From IMG/VR virus record IMGVR_UViG_3300033120_000864, positions 32,001-96,000 of that record: a stretch of DNA of 64,000 nt; one strand, 5' to 3'. Positions 36,201-48,000 of this stretch are shown piece after piece. This DNA is from a virus. Its lineage: Duplodnaviria; Caudoviricetes. Both the position numbers and the translations under genes were made by a program. The number at the start of each line of letters is the position of its first letter. The stretch's first letter is position 1. Under the pieces are notes generated by a model. That model was not told where the DNA came from, ran no database searches, and saw nothing but the letters and a program-made list of their open reading frames with translations.

Positions 36201-39082
36201 CCATCTAATGTGAACATATTAGAAAGTTGAGAGATTTGATCTTGTAATTCTTTTACAACAGCTTTATCTTCTTCTCCTAATATACCCATCTTAATAGCAG
36301 ACTGATATGAGTTAAGCTTTTCGTAAAGCTCTTCTCTTCTTTCTTTAAGTTGAATACCAACTTCATCATTATATAACTTATCAAATACCTGATAGTAAGC
36401 ATCAGTGTATTTTCTAATCATATATTTTGATTCCCATTTAGCATAATCCAAATACTTTTGAGATTTTAACTTCTCTATATTATATGGAGCTGTAAGTTTA
36501 TCCCATTTAGCTATATTTGTTTCTTTATCAATATTATCATTAATTAAAGTTTCTAATGCCTCAACTTTGTCTTTAAGTTCTTCAGACATAGCATCTTTAT
36601 CTATAGTGATTCCTTGCTCTTGTTTTAATTTGAGAGCTTGAATATCTCTTAAGAATAAATCTCTATCATACTGATAACCTTTGAAAGGATTTAAAAATGT
36701 GAGAACATCCATCTTCTCTCCATTTTTACCAAGTCTAACATCAGCAAAAGTTAATTGACCCCAAAGCCTTTCAGGATCAGCTACTCCATATCCAAGTTTT
36801 TTGATATGTGGAGCAAGCTCTCTATCCATCTTAGTTCTTTGTTCAAAAATATACTTCTTTACTTGTTGTTTTAAAGAGTTGACATAATTTTGAAATGCTG
36901 CAATAGGACCATAAGTAGAATCTCTATAAGAATCAAAGAACATTGAAGCTCTATTTAAATCCCCATATTTTCCTCTTAACCAGTCTGCAACAACTTTTTC
37001 ATCATTAAAATCATATTTCTTAGCTTGAGCTTTAAGTTCTTTTACTTCCTTCTCAAGCATACTAGCTTTAGCTACATCACCTAGCATTCTAGCTTTTTCT
37101 ACAGCTTTACTTTGCTTTGTAATTAAATCTTCATAGTATTTTTTAGTTCTTCTATCAGCAGTATTTAGATTATCTTTTACAAACTTAACAACACCTCTAA
37201 AATCATTTTTAGCCACATAATCTTGAGCCTTATCTATTAAATCAAGAGTATCTACTATATCAGAATACATCTGATGTGGTGAATCATTACCCATATCTCT
37301 AACAGTCTGTAAAGTCTTTTTATAAGAGTTTAATAGTTTATTATAGTTTAATAGAGTACCCATATTTTCCTGAGCATGTTCTTGATCTTTTACAATCTCT
37401 TTCATTCTCGTATATGTAATCTCAGTGAGCTTTCTAGTAGTAGCAACAGCTTCTGCTAATGTTCTAAGTTTTTCTTCAAAAGAAGTTTTACCTAAACTTT
37501 TATCAGCAAGTTGAAGTCTTCTAGCAAGTTCTGTATATGTATTATTCTCAGTTACTTCATCTGTATATAAAGCTCTTTGTTCTTTGAATTGTTTATTTTT
37601 TTTAATATCAAAAACATTTTCATCAAACTTCTTATTAAACCAAGCAATATTTTTTGTTACTTGTTCTGGCTTTAGAGAGTCTTTTATAGCTTCTATGTAG
37701 GTAGGTATACTTTTCATTATTTCTTCCTTATCTTCAGCTTCTAAGGCTGAAAACACGTAGTCTAATCCTCCACCATACTCCATCTCTTTAATATCAGAAG
37801 CTTCTTCATAAGATTGTTCTACAACATCTAAAGCCTTCTCAAATGTTTCATCAAATAAACTTCTTTCCTCAAATGTAAGACCAAGATATTTAGTAAGAGC
37901 ATCACATAGAGTTTTCTTTATTTCATCCCATTTATTACTAGCCCAATTTTGAGTAGATTTTTTACCTCTCAAAAACTTCTGAAAAGAAACATCTGTTAAT
38001 ACTCCTGTAAGGAATTCTTCAGCATTAGTAAAATAGTAATTCTTTCTTTCTTCATCAGTAAGAGAAGCTTTAGTCTCTTCAAATAATTTCCTAAAGGCTT
38101 TAGCTGCTCCAACATTAGATTTTAATGTTTCAACAGTTAATGCGTGTAATATTTCATGAAGAAGAATAGATTGAAATAAGTTATTAGGAACATCTTTCAT
38201 TATTACTTCATTAGTAATAGGACTATAAAAACCAGCCGTATTACCAGCATGATTAGTATCATACATTTTAAGTTTATTATCAATGATATACTGAGCCATA
38301 TCAGCTTCAGATAATAGTTTAACTTTTACATCATTATGTAAATATTGTAACAGAAGATTAGACATCTTCTTTATATATTTACTTTTAGCAAAGTCAGATA
38401 GTCTTATAAGAGCTTCAGTAGAAGAAATTTCAGTTTCTCCTTTAAAAAGATTTTCTTTTAACTTATCATAAGCATCTTGTGATTTATCTATAACAACTTC
38501 TTCAGGAGCAGAATAAGTTTGTTTATCTTCTATTGTCCAAGTATTTAAATTAGACTCTCCTACTTGAGACCAATTAACAAAATAGCTTGTACTATTTCTT
38601 TTATTATATTTAGCAATCTTAGATTGAATATAAGGAATATTTGATACATCTATTTCTTTTTTATTAAGTCCCACTTCTTTTGTAAAACCTGAAGTAGTAG
38701 ACACAGTTGGTTTACCAATAGATTCCTTTACAGAAGTCTTATTAGCATTAAACAGTTCTCTTACATACTTAAGTGTAGGTTCACCATTAACATCACTATT
38801 AGGAAGAGAGAAGTTAGTTTCCCAGTCTCCAAAAACACTTTTGAATTTAGGACTTCTAACTCTCTCATATATACCAAAAGCAATCTCTCTTAAACCAAGA
38901 TTTCTTAGTTTACCAAGTTCAAACCACTTTTTATAAGCATCTTGAAGTTTAAAAAACTCTGTATTAGGAAGAGAAGCTAAGTAATCAACTAAACTATCAT
39001 ATAGTTTCGATCTTTCTCCATTAGGAGCTTCAATGTAGTCTATTTCCTTAGTTTCTTTATCTCTGTTTACTTTACAAGCCAT
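33239..39082 (-). CDS. Giant virion cargo/ejection protein with polyvalent-protein-like N-terminus and zincin domain
   Basis: APNG..S.L...FKSVFGDWE...DVNGEP; AGFYSP...LLHEILHALT...EEF; hydrophobic segment near C-terminus; adjacent to RNAP. Confidence 0.7.
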   Translation of the reverse strand: MACKVNRDKETKEIDYIEAPNGERSKLYDSLVDYLASLPNTEFFKLQDAYKKWFELGKLRNLGLREIAFGIYERVRSPKFKSVFGDWETNFSLPNSDVNGEPTLKYVRELFNANKTSVKESIGKPTVSTTSGFTKEVGLNKKEIDVSNIPYIQSKIAKYNKRNSTSYFVNWSQVGESNLNTWTIEDKQTYSAPEEVVIDKSQDAYDKLKENLFKGETEISSTEALIRLSDFAKSKYIKKMSNLLLQYLHNDVKVKLLSEADMAQYIIDNKLKMYDTNHAGNTAGFYSPITNEVIMKDVPNNLFQSILLHEILHALTVETLKSNVGAAKAFRKLFEETKASLTDEERKNYYFTNAEEFLTGVLTDVSFQKFLRGKKSTQNWASNKWDEIKKTLCDALTKYLGLTFEERSLFDETFEKALDVVEQSYEEASDIKEMEYGGGLDYVFSALEAEDKEEIMKSIPTYIEAIKDSLKPEQVTKNIAWFNKKFDENVFDIKKNKQFKEQRALYTDEVTENNTYTELARRLQLADKSLGKTSFEEKLRTLAEAVATTRKLTEITYTRMKEIVKDQEHAQENMGTLLNYNKLLNSYKKTLQTVRDMGNDSPHQMYSDIVDTLDLIDKAQDYVAKNDFRGVVKFVKDNLNTADRRTKKYYEDLITKQSKAVEKARMLGDVAKASMLEKEVKELKAQAKKYDFNDEKVVADWLRGKYGDLNRASMFFDSYRDSTYGPIAAFQNYVNSLKQQVKKYIFEQRTKMDRELAPHIKKLGYGVADPERLWGQLTFADVRLGKNGEKMDVLTFLNPFKGYQYDRDLFLRDIQALKLKQEQGITIDKDAMSEELKDKVEALETLINDNIDKETNIAKWDKLTAPYNIEKLKSQKYLDYAKWESKYMIRKYTDAYYQVFDKLYNDEVGIQLKERREELYEKLNSYQSAIKMGILGEEDKAVVKELQDQISQLSNMFTLDGDQKTDMALRVAQRAQEISAESRNFWDYHTNNKAFERDKEDYSRKMALAYGEDSEQYNQKVEEWLKDNTRTVIDDAYYKEREVLINKLNSLLENIPQSELRASKLADLYKELIGQIYGFRDDDGQPIGIEISENKAQKVKEVQEKIEEVKHRFQMFSGLSEEESVRFKELFDQKAKGLSTEEWNEFQALRDKSKDLGVSQSMKDDIIQLFEQLKNLSSRIPTSYYVQAFNNASPLKLDEEGKLAGVDILDSPVLEILLQEDETFAKWFKKNHIKTEVFDPEIKGKVEKWQRLYFWSRVLPSNPAYVRTEPSRDYTYRTIKDEYKTPEIVGITTDNKGNFLPKVDVPDKKYINNDYFRLAKSTNDKDKALFNILEIAKKYHLENQELSHSYNNKLWMDVPRKRRGSYERNLRGVKSPIQAVKDLPGRVKSKWESLTDFSSGTGNPDAEVEDVYDEDAEFFDTQETKQRTTIPVKYLEDLEIDQVSRDIRSSILHYGGSLKESEVLKESLIYAKALKGVFERFPIKDSKIFFFKTNTNARVSSLDFFVNRDVFGAGKAFELGEKGDKIVSGIKSAGAIQALGSNFSSIFTNLIDGITSNIINAGHNKYSRADYAKSLALHTRIMGNRFTDFFNEDLGKFSADTQLFEAFEPVSEKQLDETLTNGKSKARYAMSLDIITGNRAKTEDYIQGRIYAAYMYTTKVDYNGETISLADAYELGPDGIVRLKKGIDEDWNLFTGKKFFELKNDIQKSVRDAQGGYSVLDKTFMDQYSSWGLISFLKRFFLAKFINMYAFSGVDFSFNKGIYFKPRFNPNTGMHLGFLPSMVNGLSRAIRSADINLMTKQEQGDALKFCTQLGTIISLYIITSALMGGGDDKDKNSAIDEMSNAEAYILYQSLRLKTETETLVSPKQYSDFIYEFGTKNVLFAYAHLFEDFVTQAEYEKTSKLHEAGDKKWITDFEKITGIYNVTKMRSPQEMAKNYNKAVNSRAH

Positions 39083-39084
39083 TG

Positions 39085-42000
39085 TTATATTTTTTTAGCA
39101 CAATCATCAATTTCATTCTCTGGTAGTTCATCATCTGTAGGAGCTTCAGAGAAATCTGTTACTTCTGTTTCAAGAGACTCTCCAACACTTAATGGAATAA
39201 CATCCTCATCTAATGGTGGTTCTTTTTCATCCTCTATTGTAGATTCAATATCATCAACATTAATTCTAGAAGGTTTAATTTCTATATTTTTAGCTTCTTC
39301 TTCTAATATTGGATTATTTAATATCTGTAAAGGAGTTTTAAGTCTATATGCTTCATCTTGATAAGAATGAGTTTTATTTGTTAAATACCCATTTTCTTTT
39401 AATACTTTAGGTTGAATAACTTGAGCATTATTTTTCATGAAATATTTAGTATAAAACAATTTAAGCATTTCAGGACTCTCTACAATCTGTTTTAATAAAG
39501 GTAATACTTTTTCTATATCTGTAGATATACTTTCTGTTGGAAGTATATGTGTAAAGGATATAGGAGACTTCTGCAGTCCAGACTGAACAAAAGCAAATCT
39601 AATTAAGTCTTTAAAGAAATCTCTAACCTTGGGATTAGAATGTTCAACACCTTTCTTAAAATCTTCAATAGCAGTATTGATATCTTTAGTTTCTTTTAAG
39701 TCTGTCTTAGTTTTAATATTTACTAATTCAGGTCTTTTTATTCCTTTATCTCCAACAAACTCTTTGAGCAGAGGCACTTCGTTAACAAGTGATGGTATCT
39801 CTTTTTTGAGATCTTCCAGTCTTTGCACCATCTGTCCCTCGAAGAAAGGTACCACTTCCTTATAGTTAGTAGTAAGAGTATTGTAAGCATAACCTATTAA
39901 GTCGTTTTTAAACCTGTTCTCAAATTTCTCTTTGTTTCCAAAAGATGCATCTCCTATTACTGATAATAAGAAATTATTAACTTCTGGAAGCTCAACAACC
40001 TTAAACATCTTAGGGAAGTTATCTATGATAAATTTGTTCATATCTAACATAGATATAACAGAGTTATTCTTAATAGCTTCAACACCTTCTTTATTAAACA
40101 TATTTGAACTCAACACTTGATTATAAAGAGCCTCTTTCTCAAAAGACGAGAAGATACTCTTAATTTTAGTAGTATCAAAATCTAGTGATGAAGTAAGTTC
40201 TCTAAGTCTTCTACCTTGTGCTTCTAATTCTAAATAATGAGTTAGGATAGCTCTTTGCTCATTTGCAAAGGTAGTGTTTATTTTTGAATTATCCAAATAA
40301 TTTATATTTTTTAACAGATTTTTTTCTGTATAAATTTTCTCATGATTATCCTTATTATATTTATCAAAGTCTCTTACATTGGACTCATATTTATAAGCAA
40401 GTATATTCACCATCTTTTCTTCAGTAAGACCATCATAGTATGAATCTAAAGCTTTTCCAGTTTGGAAATTCTTCATCTTCTTAAGTTCAAGGTAATCTTT
40501 TACTATTGGTTGATTAACAAGATATACTGCTTGTTTAATAGGAACTCCTAAGTGAGTAAGATAAAGAAGAGTTGGTGTAGCCTCAAAGGTAGCACCAAGA
40601 TCAAATACCCATGGATCTTTTGCAACATCCACAAATCCATTTATAAACTGAGAAATGATTTCAGATATTTTATATTCACCATTCTTATCATATTCTCCTG
40701 CTAAAGATGGATGTCCTTCAAACTCATTATGATCTAAATAAACGTTCACAGGAACATCACCATCATATACATTATTAAGATAGATGTTATGTTGTTTAAA
40801 GAGCTGATTAAAGGTATTATTCTTTGCAGCTATACCTAATGACTTCTTACCAACAAGATTAGCCTCAAATTGATTCATTTGAGTATTATAATCATAAACT
40901 GTACTATAGTTTACCTTATCCTTTGAACCAAGCATTTTTTTTATGTCATCTGCTAATGGTTTAAGAACTGATGTACTATTAGGAGTAAATAAAGGTTCAT
41001 ACATTTCTGGCTGAGACATAGACTCACTTAATAAACTAATCATTTTATTCTGTAAGAAACTTTTAGTATTAAGTTTAGGGAACTCTGTTATCATTTCATC
41101 AATGATAGGAATAAAGTCCTTAAGCTCATTATACTGAGTTCTCTTATTGCCTTTGTCTTGTAGTTGAGAAAGTTCTTCATAGTTTTGAAATACTAAATCT
41201 TTAATTTGTTTAGTTCTTGTTTCAATATCTAAATCTTCCTCAAAAATTTCTTTAATACCTTGTATTAAGAATTTAGGAACATGATATTTATTAAGTACTT
41301 CGTTTATTTTATTTAATACTTCTGCTCCACCTATTTGAGGAAGAGTTCCATTATCGCTAATATTAGGAACATACATACTCACTTTATCAATATCAAAGTC
41401 AGATCCTGCAATAGCTGTAATTTCACTTGGAAGTACAATTATAGAACCTGTTTCTTCTGGAAGAAATTCTTCTACAATAAGATTAAGCATAGAGTTAGCA
41501 CCTTGGACAGGAATTCTCACTCCCACCATAGATAATTCTTGCTCATGATCTTTCATAAAGTCTTCGTCTTTTAAAAGTCTATTCAGTTTTTCTATAGTTC
41601 CTATAACACCTGCTTCATATGGATGCTTAAGATTTAATAAATTCTTAAACTTAGATATAGAAACTTTAGCTTCCATTTTAGAAACATACTGAGTTCCATC
41701 TTCTCTAGTTTTAAGCTCAGGAAGTTTCAGATTAGAATCTGATCTCCAACCTGTAAAAGCAGTTTGAATATAATTATCACCATTAAGTTTTCCCTTAATT
41801 ATTCTATTGCTAACAATAGCTAATATAATAGAAGACATTTTTTGTCTAGACAAGGAAGAGTCTAATGAAAAAGCTAAGTTTCCATTTTCATCTGTCTTTA
41901 AAAAATCTATAATATTATCAGGAAGATCTCTAGATTTAAACTCTTTCTTTAATATATCAGAAAGTTTTTTGAAATCTATTTTTCCTTTCTTAATACCTAA

Positions 42001-45000
42001 ATCATTTTTAACCCTTGTAAGCTCTCTATTGATAAGAGTTTGTCTTGTCTCATTATATTCTTTAGCTATCTGATCTATTCTTTTAGATTTAGATTTACCA
42101 TAGTTAAATAAGTCTACATTAAACAGCTTGTTAAACTGAGTTGCAAATATAATATTAGGCTTAATCTTAGGTTCAAGATATACTTGTTCTTTTAGATATC
42201 CCCAATACTTATCATTTGTTAATGGATTTTCAGAATATAAATCATTGAACTTTCCATCTTTAGTTAATGCAGCTTTCTTAGAACCTGATTCAAAGACACC
42301 ATAACCAATATTGTTTCTAATCATATTGTTACTTATCTTCTCAAGACCTTTACCTTTAATAGCAGATGGCATCATAGGTACTAATGCAAATTTATCAAAT
42401 GCATCAATTCTAAGATATTCTCCTAATACTTGTGGAGTGTTAGCAATAGTACCAGAGTACTGTGCCTTAATAGGTACAAAGTAATACATTTCCTTTTCAT
42501 CAAGAGGAAGACCTTGTGCAGCTTTAATATAAGCAGACTCAGCTAAATCATTCCATTGTCCTATAGCCACTTTAAAGTTTCTATAAAAATCAAGTGTACA
42601 AAGACCAAGAGCATCTGTTTCATTAACTTCTTTAAATGCTTTTAGTACAGTGAATATAGATATACCTTTAGCACCATGTTCCTCTGTAAGAAGTTTTTCT
42701 GCTTCTTTTAAAGGCATGTCTATAAGTTCTTTAGTTGAAATATCTACCCCTAAACTTTTAATTGTATCAGAGAGATATTGTTCTAAATATTGACTTTTAA
42801 TTTCATTATCATTGAAAACACTTGTTCTAAATGATGGACCAATAGAAGACTTCTTTCCTGTAAGAAGAAACTCTTGCATTCTTCCTGTGGCATTTAAGAA
42901 ACCTAATACAGCTTTATTCATTATACTAAAATCACCTGTTGCAGAATCTGCACTAAGTCTTTTGTGAAAGTCATCAGCTGCTTTAAATTGAACAACATCA
43001 CCATTAATTAGTTGACCTTGTTCATAGTTATATATATAAGCACTCACTATAAAAGCATTTAGAGCCTCTTCATAAGTGAGTCCTTTCTTATCTATAAGAC
43101 CTAATTGATCTTTTAAAAAGTTACCATTATCTGTTTTAGCTTTTCTAAGTCTTTTCTTAAGTTCACTTACTGAATTACTAAAGAAAGCTTGTAATGGTTT
43201 TTGTAGATTAATTTTATTTGTAATTTTACTAATAGCCTCATCAAGAGCATTTTCATCTCCAATATTAGCTAAAGTTTCTATTTCTTTTCTTAAGAAATCT
43301 TTAGTCTCTTGACCAAGTATTTCTTCAAATATTCTAAAACTACTTCCATTCTTTGAATACTTAGCTACACCATATCCAGACTTAGCATTATTAGTTGTAA
43401 TTCTATTATGCTTAACAATCTCTGCTATAGTTCCTTTAAGATAGTCTTCAAATATATTTACAGCTTGCTTAGGCATATTATTACCTTTGAATTCAGCAAG
43501 ATTAACTGGATATTTATTTTTAGTTGTAAAGTATGTAAGTTCAGTTCCAAAAGAGCTTCCTTTATCTGCATATCTCATATGCTCTATAATATTATTATAA
43601 AGGAATGAGTTAATATCAAATAAGATTTTATCAAGACTGAATAAGTCTGTAGTTTTAGCTCCTGTTATACCTTTCTCAGTATCAGTTTTAAATCCACCAA
43701 TATTTTTGAGATCTATAACACTATTTCTTCTTTTTCCATATTCAGTACCAGATATAAGATTACCTCTTTCATCTCTGATTTTAAATAGTGAATTAAGCCA
43801 AGTTGTATATCTCATAGAAGGATTCTTCTGTGGATCTAAGTGTTCCCATTCAGGATCAGAAACCAAGTCTTGAAGAGTTGGATACTTCTCTCTATTATTT
43901 AATGCAGCATAAGTTAATGAAGTTTTACTAAACTGTTGAATCTGATAAACATTATCTCCATTAGGATTTATTGCTAAATCTTCTTCATACTCATTAGTAG
44001 CATTAATTTCTGCTTTAAGCACTGCATCTATACTAGAAGCTTCACCAGCAAAATTAAAGTGTTTCTTTAAATCTCTAGTACCTCTAATATCTTGTATAGG
44101 ATTTTTAATATCATAATCTTCTTTGCCAAGTTTATTAACTACAGCATCAAAAATTAGATTAAATATATCTTTACTATTATCTTCCATTAAAGCTTTAAAC
44201 TGATCACTTTCTATTGTAAGAGGATTAAGCTCTACACCAATAGCTTTTAAGAAATCAATTCTTTTATTCTTAGGAAGTTTAAGTACTCCATCTTTATCAA
44301 CCTTACCAAAATCTTTTCCAATCTTAGTAGTATTCAATACATTTTGTCCTTCAGCATTTTTAACAACATAAGGATTCTCATCATTAGTTGCAAAACTAGC
44401 TTGAAGTTTTTTACTAAGCTTATTAATAGCTTTAGTGCTAGACTTAGTATTATAAAATACAGGACTAGGTGTAGGGTTTTCCTTAGTAGCTCTTGGAATA
44501 GTCATAACTCCTTCATACATCTCAATTAAAGGTTTTTCAAAAGCCTTCATGAAAGATTGTAGTAAAGTAATTTGTCTTACGTCATTAGCAGGATTATCTA
44601 AAACTGGAAGTCTACTCAAAAGTTGTAAGTATTCAGGATATTTCTCTCCAAGTTGTTTTATTCTTCCATACATTTGTTCAGGATCTGTAATACCCTTAAC
44701 TTCTGTTGCAAGTCTATACCAAGTAGTTTGAAGAGGAAGTAATTTAGGAAATCCATACTCATCTGTCTCTCCTCTACTTAAAGTGGAAAGAAGATAGATT
44801 ATTTCATTAGAAGCTTGCTTAATAGCACTCTTCTTATTTTGTTCTTTAAACTCTACAATATTATCTCTTGTTTCTACATGATCATCATCTGAAAGAATCT
44901 CATCTGTAGTTACAGGAAGCCCTTCTTCATCTTGTGAAGACTTTTCTTCTTCTGCTTTAATATCACTAAATAAAGAAGAGTTTTGTATATATATCTGATC

Positions 45001-48000
45001 AAAACCAACTTTAGTTCCTTCTGTTATAAAGTTATCAGCTAAGAATTGAAGTTTCTGTTTAGCATCATCTGATAATGTACCAGAAGCTATCTTAATATTA
45101 ATATCTTTAAGTGTAGCATCATAAAGAGATTTAAAGTTTTTAGTTTTATTTTCTTTGATACCAGTAAATAATATATGAGACTTCTTCAATCTATCAAGTC
45201 TATTAATAATAGAAGAGTCTATTAGGTTAACAAAATCATTAATTGTTCTACTACCAATAGTAACACCATTAGCAGTGAATGATTTATTAAGTTTACCAAA
45301 TAAAGCATTATTTAAATTAGGAGAAAAATTATTTATATTTCCTTTATAAAGCTTATCATAGTAAGTTTGTATATTTGGAAGAAGTCCATTAAGAGTTTTA
45401 ATAAACTGCCAAGCTTTTTCAAAGATGGTTTGTTTTGATAAATCTTTACCAAATAACATCTTTCCATCTGAATCAGCATAGTCTTCCCATGACTCAGCTA
45501 TAGCTTCTTCAGCCTCTTTATCAGTTAAGTCTTTATAAGCTTTATTAGTAAGTAAACCTGTAGACTCATCTACAATTTTTATAGAACCTGATTTTTTTCT
45601 AAGCTCGTTATATAAATTATTCTTTTGTCTCTTAGTCAAAAACAATTGACTAAATCCATGCCATGCTTCATGTAGTAATGTTCTAGGACTTGAGTTCTGA
45701 TATAACGTAATAACATTATTAACAAATGTACCAGCAGCATTACTATTTATAATATTAGCAAAGTGATTAAGATCTATGAACTTACTCAATGGTGAATCTT
45801 TCCACCAGTCTTTAACTTCATTCCATTCTTTATTAGAAAACTTATTTTCTATCTTAGTACTTTTTAAAAGTTCTATTTCTTCATCTATAGTCTCTTGTGT
45901 AACTGTAGGTTTAGCAGGCATTTCTTCTGCAACATCTGAAGTACTAGGAATATAATCTGTAGCATTAAGTTGTATATAACTTCCTACAAATCCTCCCACC
46001 CCATTAGCTAAAAGTTCTTGAGAACCTTTAACATCATTTACATCAGAATATACATTAGAATTTTCTACAATAAATTCTTGATAAGAATCATATTTTACAA
46101 AACTAAGTTTACCATCACTATAAACTGGAACTTCAAATTGTCCTTCTTCTTGTGGAACTATGTTCAAAGTTTTTTGTTTAATAGCATGTGCAAGAGCTTC
46201 TTTAAAAGCATCTGTAGTATTTACTCCTATATTAAAATATAAAAAATCTTCAAGAGGTTTAACTCCTTCTATCTTAGTTACATCTGGATAGTTAGTAAAG
46301 AAAGAATTATGAATAAGAAAATATTCACCAAATTTATTCTTACCAAAAGATATAGAATCTTTATCCATATATAAAAACTTATCAAGCATACTTCTTCTAT
46401 CCTCAAAAGTTTCAAGTCCTCTTGAAGATACACTTCTAGTACCTATTTCTACTAAAGCATTTATAAAACCATGTATATCTACTTGGCCCATTTTAGGTCT
46501 AGATATAGGATATTGTAATCCATACTTTCCATCTACTAAATAAGACACACCTTCTACTTTACCAATTTGAGAAGTAGTAGTTACAACTAATTCTAAATTA
46601 GGAGTAGTAAGTCCTGCTGAAAAGAATTTACCTTTTAAGCTCTCAGTAAATGATTTTGTTGGTATAGGATCTTTAACAAATTTAGTAACCAATCCAAGAT
46701 TAACTTTAGATATTGGTAATGGTTCTATAGGTGGATTAGATCTAATATCTTTTAATTGTTGAAGAGAAGCTTTATATTCTTCAAAGGCTTCTTCTTGTTC
46801 TTCTATTCCTTTTCTTTTAAATTCAGTTTCAGCTGTTTTAATAGAAGGAAGATTATATATAGCAGGAATTCCAGCAGGATTTTTATTTCCTTCTTCATCA
46901 AAGTTTACTATATCATTATTAGCATTTACTAATACTAATTTTACCACTTGTGTTTCATCACCATATCCATTCTTTTTCCAATAGACATAGTCATTTGGAA
47001 GCTTATCTTTAACAGCTTCTAATCCACCAAGTCTCTCTACAAGTTGAGAAGGTCTTAAAACTAACACCTTAAACTCATCTTGAGTTTGATCATTGATTAT
47101 ATTTCTAATAGCATTAGCTCCTGTTTTGAAGGCAGGATCTATAATATTAGTTCCTTGAATAAATAGATTTCTTACATTAAGTCCAATAGTTCTAAATACT
47201 GAAGCAGGTTGAGCTTTAAACTCAGCTTCTTCAATCTCACTAGGAACCTCTGGAAGTTCATTATTAAATCCTGTAGCAGCTAAGTAGTCTTTTATAGCCT
47301 TAGCTAATGTAATATCCTTAGAAGCTCTATCTATTACTTCTTCATCACCTTGTGCCCATTTGTCAGAAAGATCTTTAATATCTTCTGGAGAAGCTACTTC
47401 TACTATTGGAAATAATTGGCTAGCATGTACTCTCTTACCATTAGCGAGTCTATAGTAGTCATCAGGATAAGATTCTACTATTTCAGTATTTTCTTTTCCA
47501 TCATTAACTGCTACACCTGCTGTAAGAGTAGTTCTAAATTGCTTTAAGTTTTCTTCTCTTTCTGCTTTATTAGGATCTTGTTGAAGTTGTTCTATTTGAT
47601 CTTGAAACTTATATAAATCTACAAGATGATCTTGTAATATTTTATATGGTTCACTATCTTTTTCTAAAGCTGATTGAGATTGTAATACAGCATCTATTGT
47701 TTCTTTTACAGAAGTATTAGCTGCATCAAAATTCTTTTCTTCTATAAGAGCAGAAATATCAGATTTAACTTGTTCAATATTAGAAGCATCTTTAGCTGTT
47801 TTTTCTAGAACTATTTCATCTTTTCTTTGCTCAAGACTATCTTTATATGTTTGTATTTCTTCTTTAAACTTCTTAGATACATTTCCTGTTGGAAGACTAA
47901 GATGACTATCAAGAGTTTTGATTAGCTCATCTATATGTGCTGTATCTTTTATCTCAGAAATATTCTTAGGAGATAATTCCTTCTCTAATGTAGATAGAGT

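Noticed and set aside
39760-39860. Locally GC-richer patch with partial inverted repeats in the RNAP 3' region
   Set aside because: Pairing is imperfect and can be explained by amino-acid content
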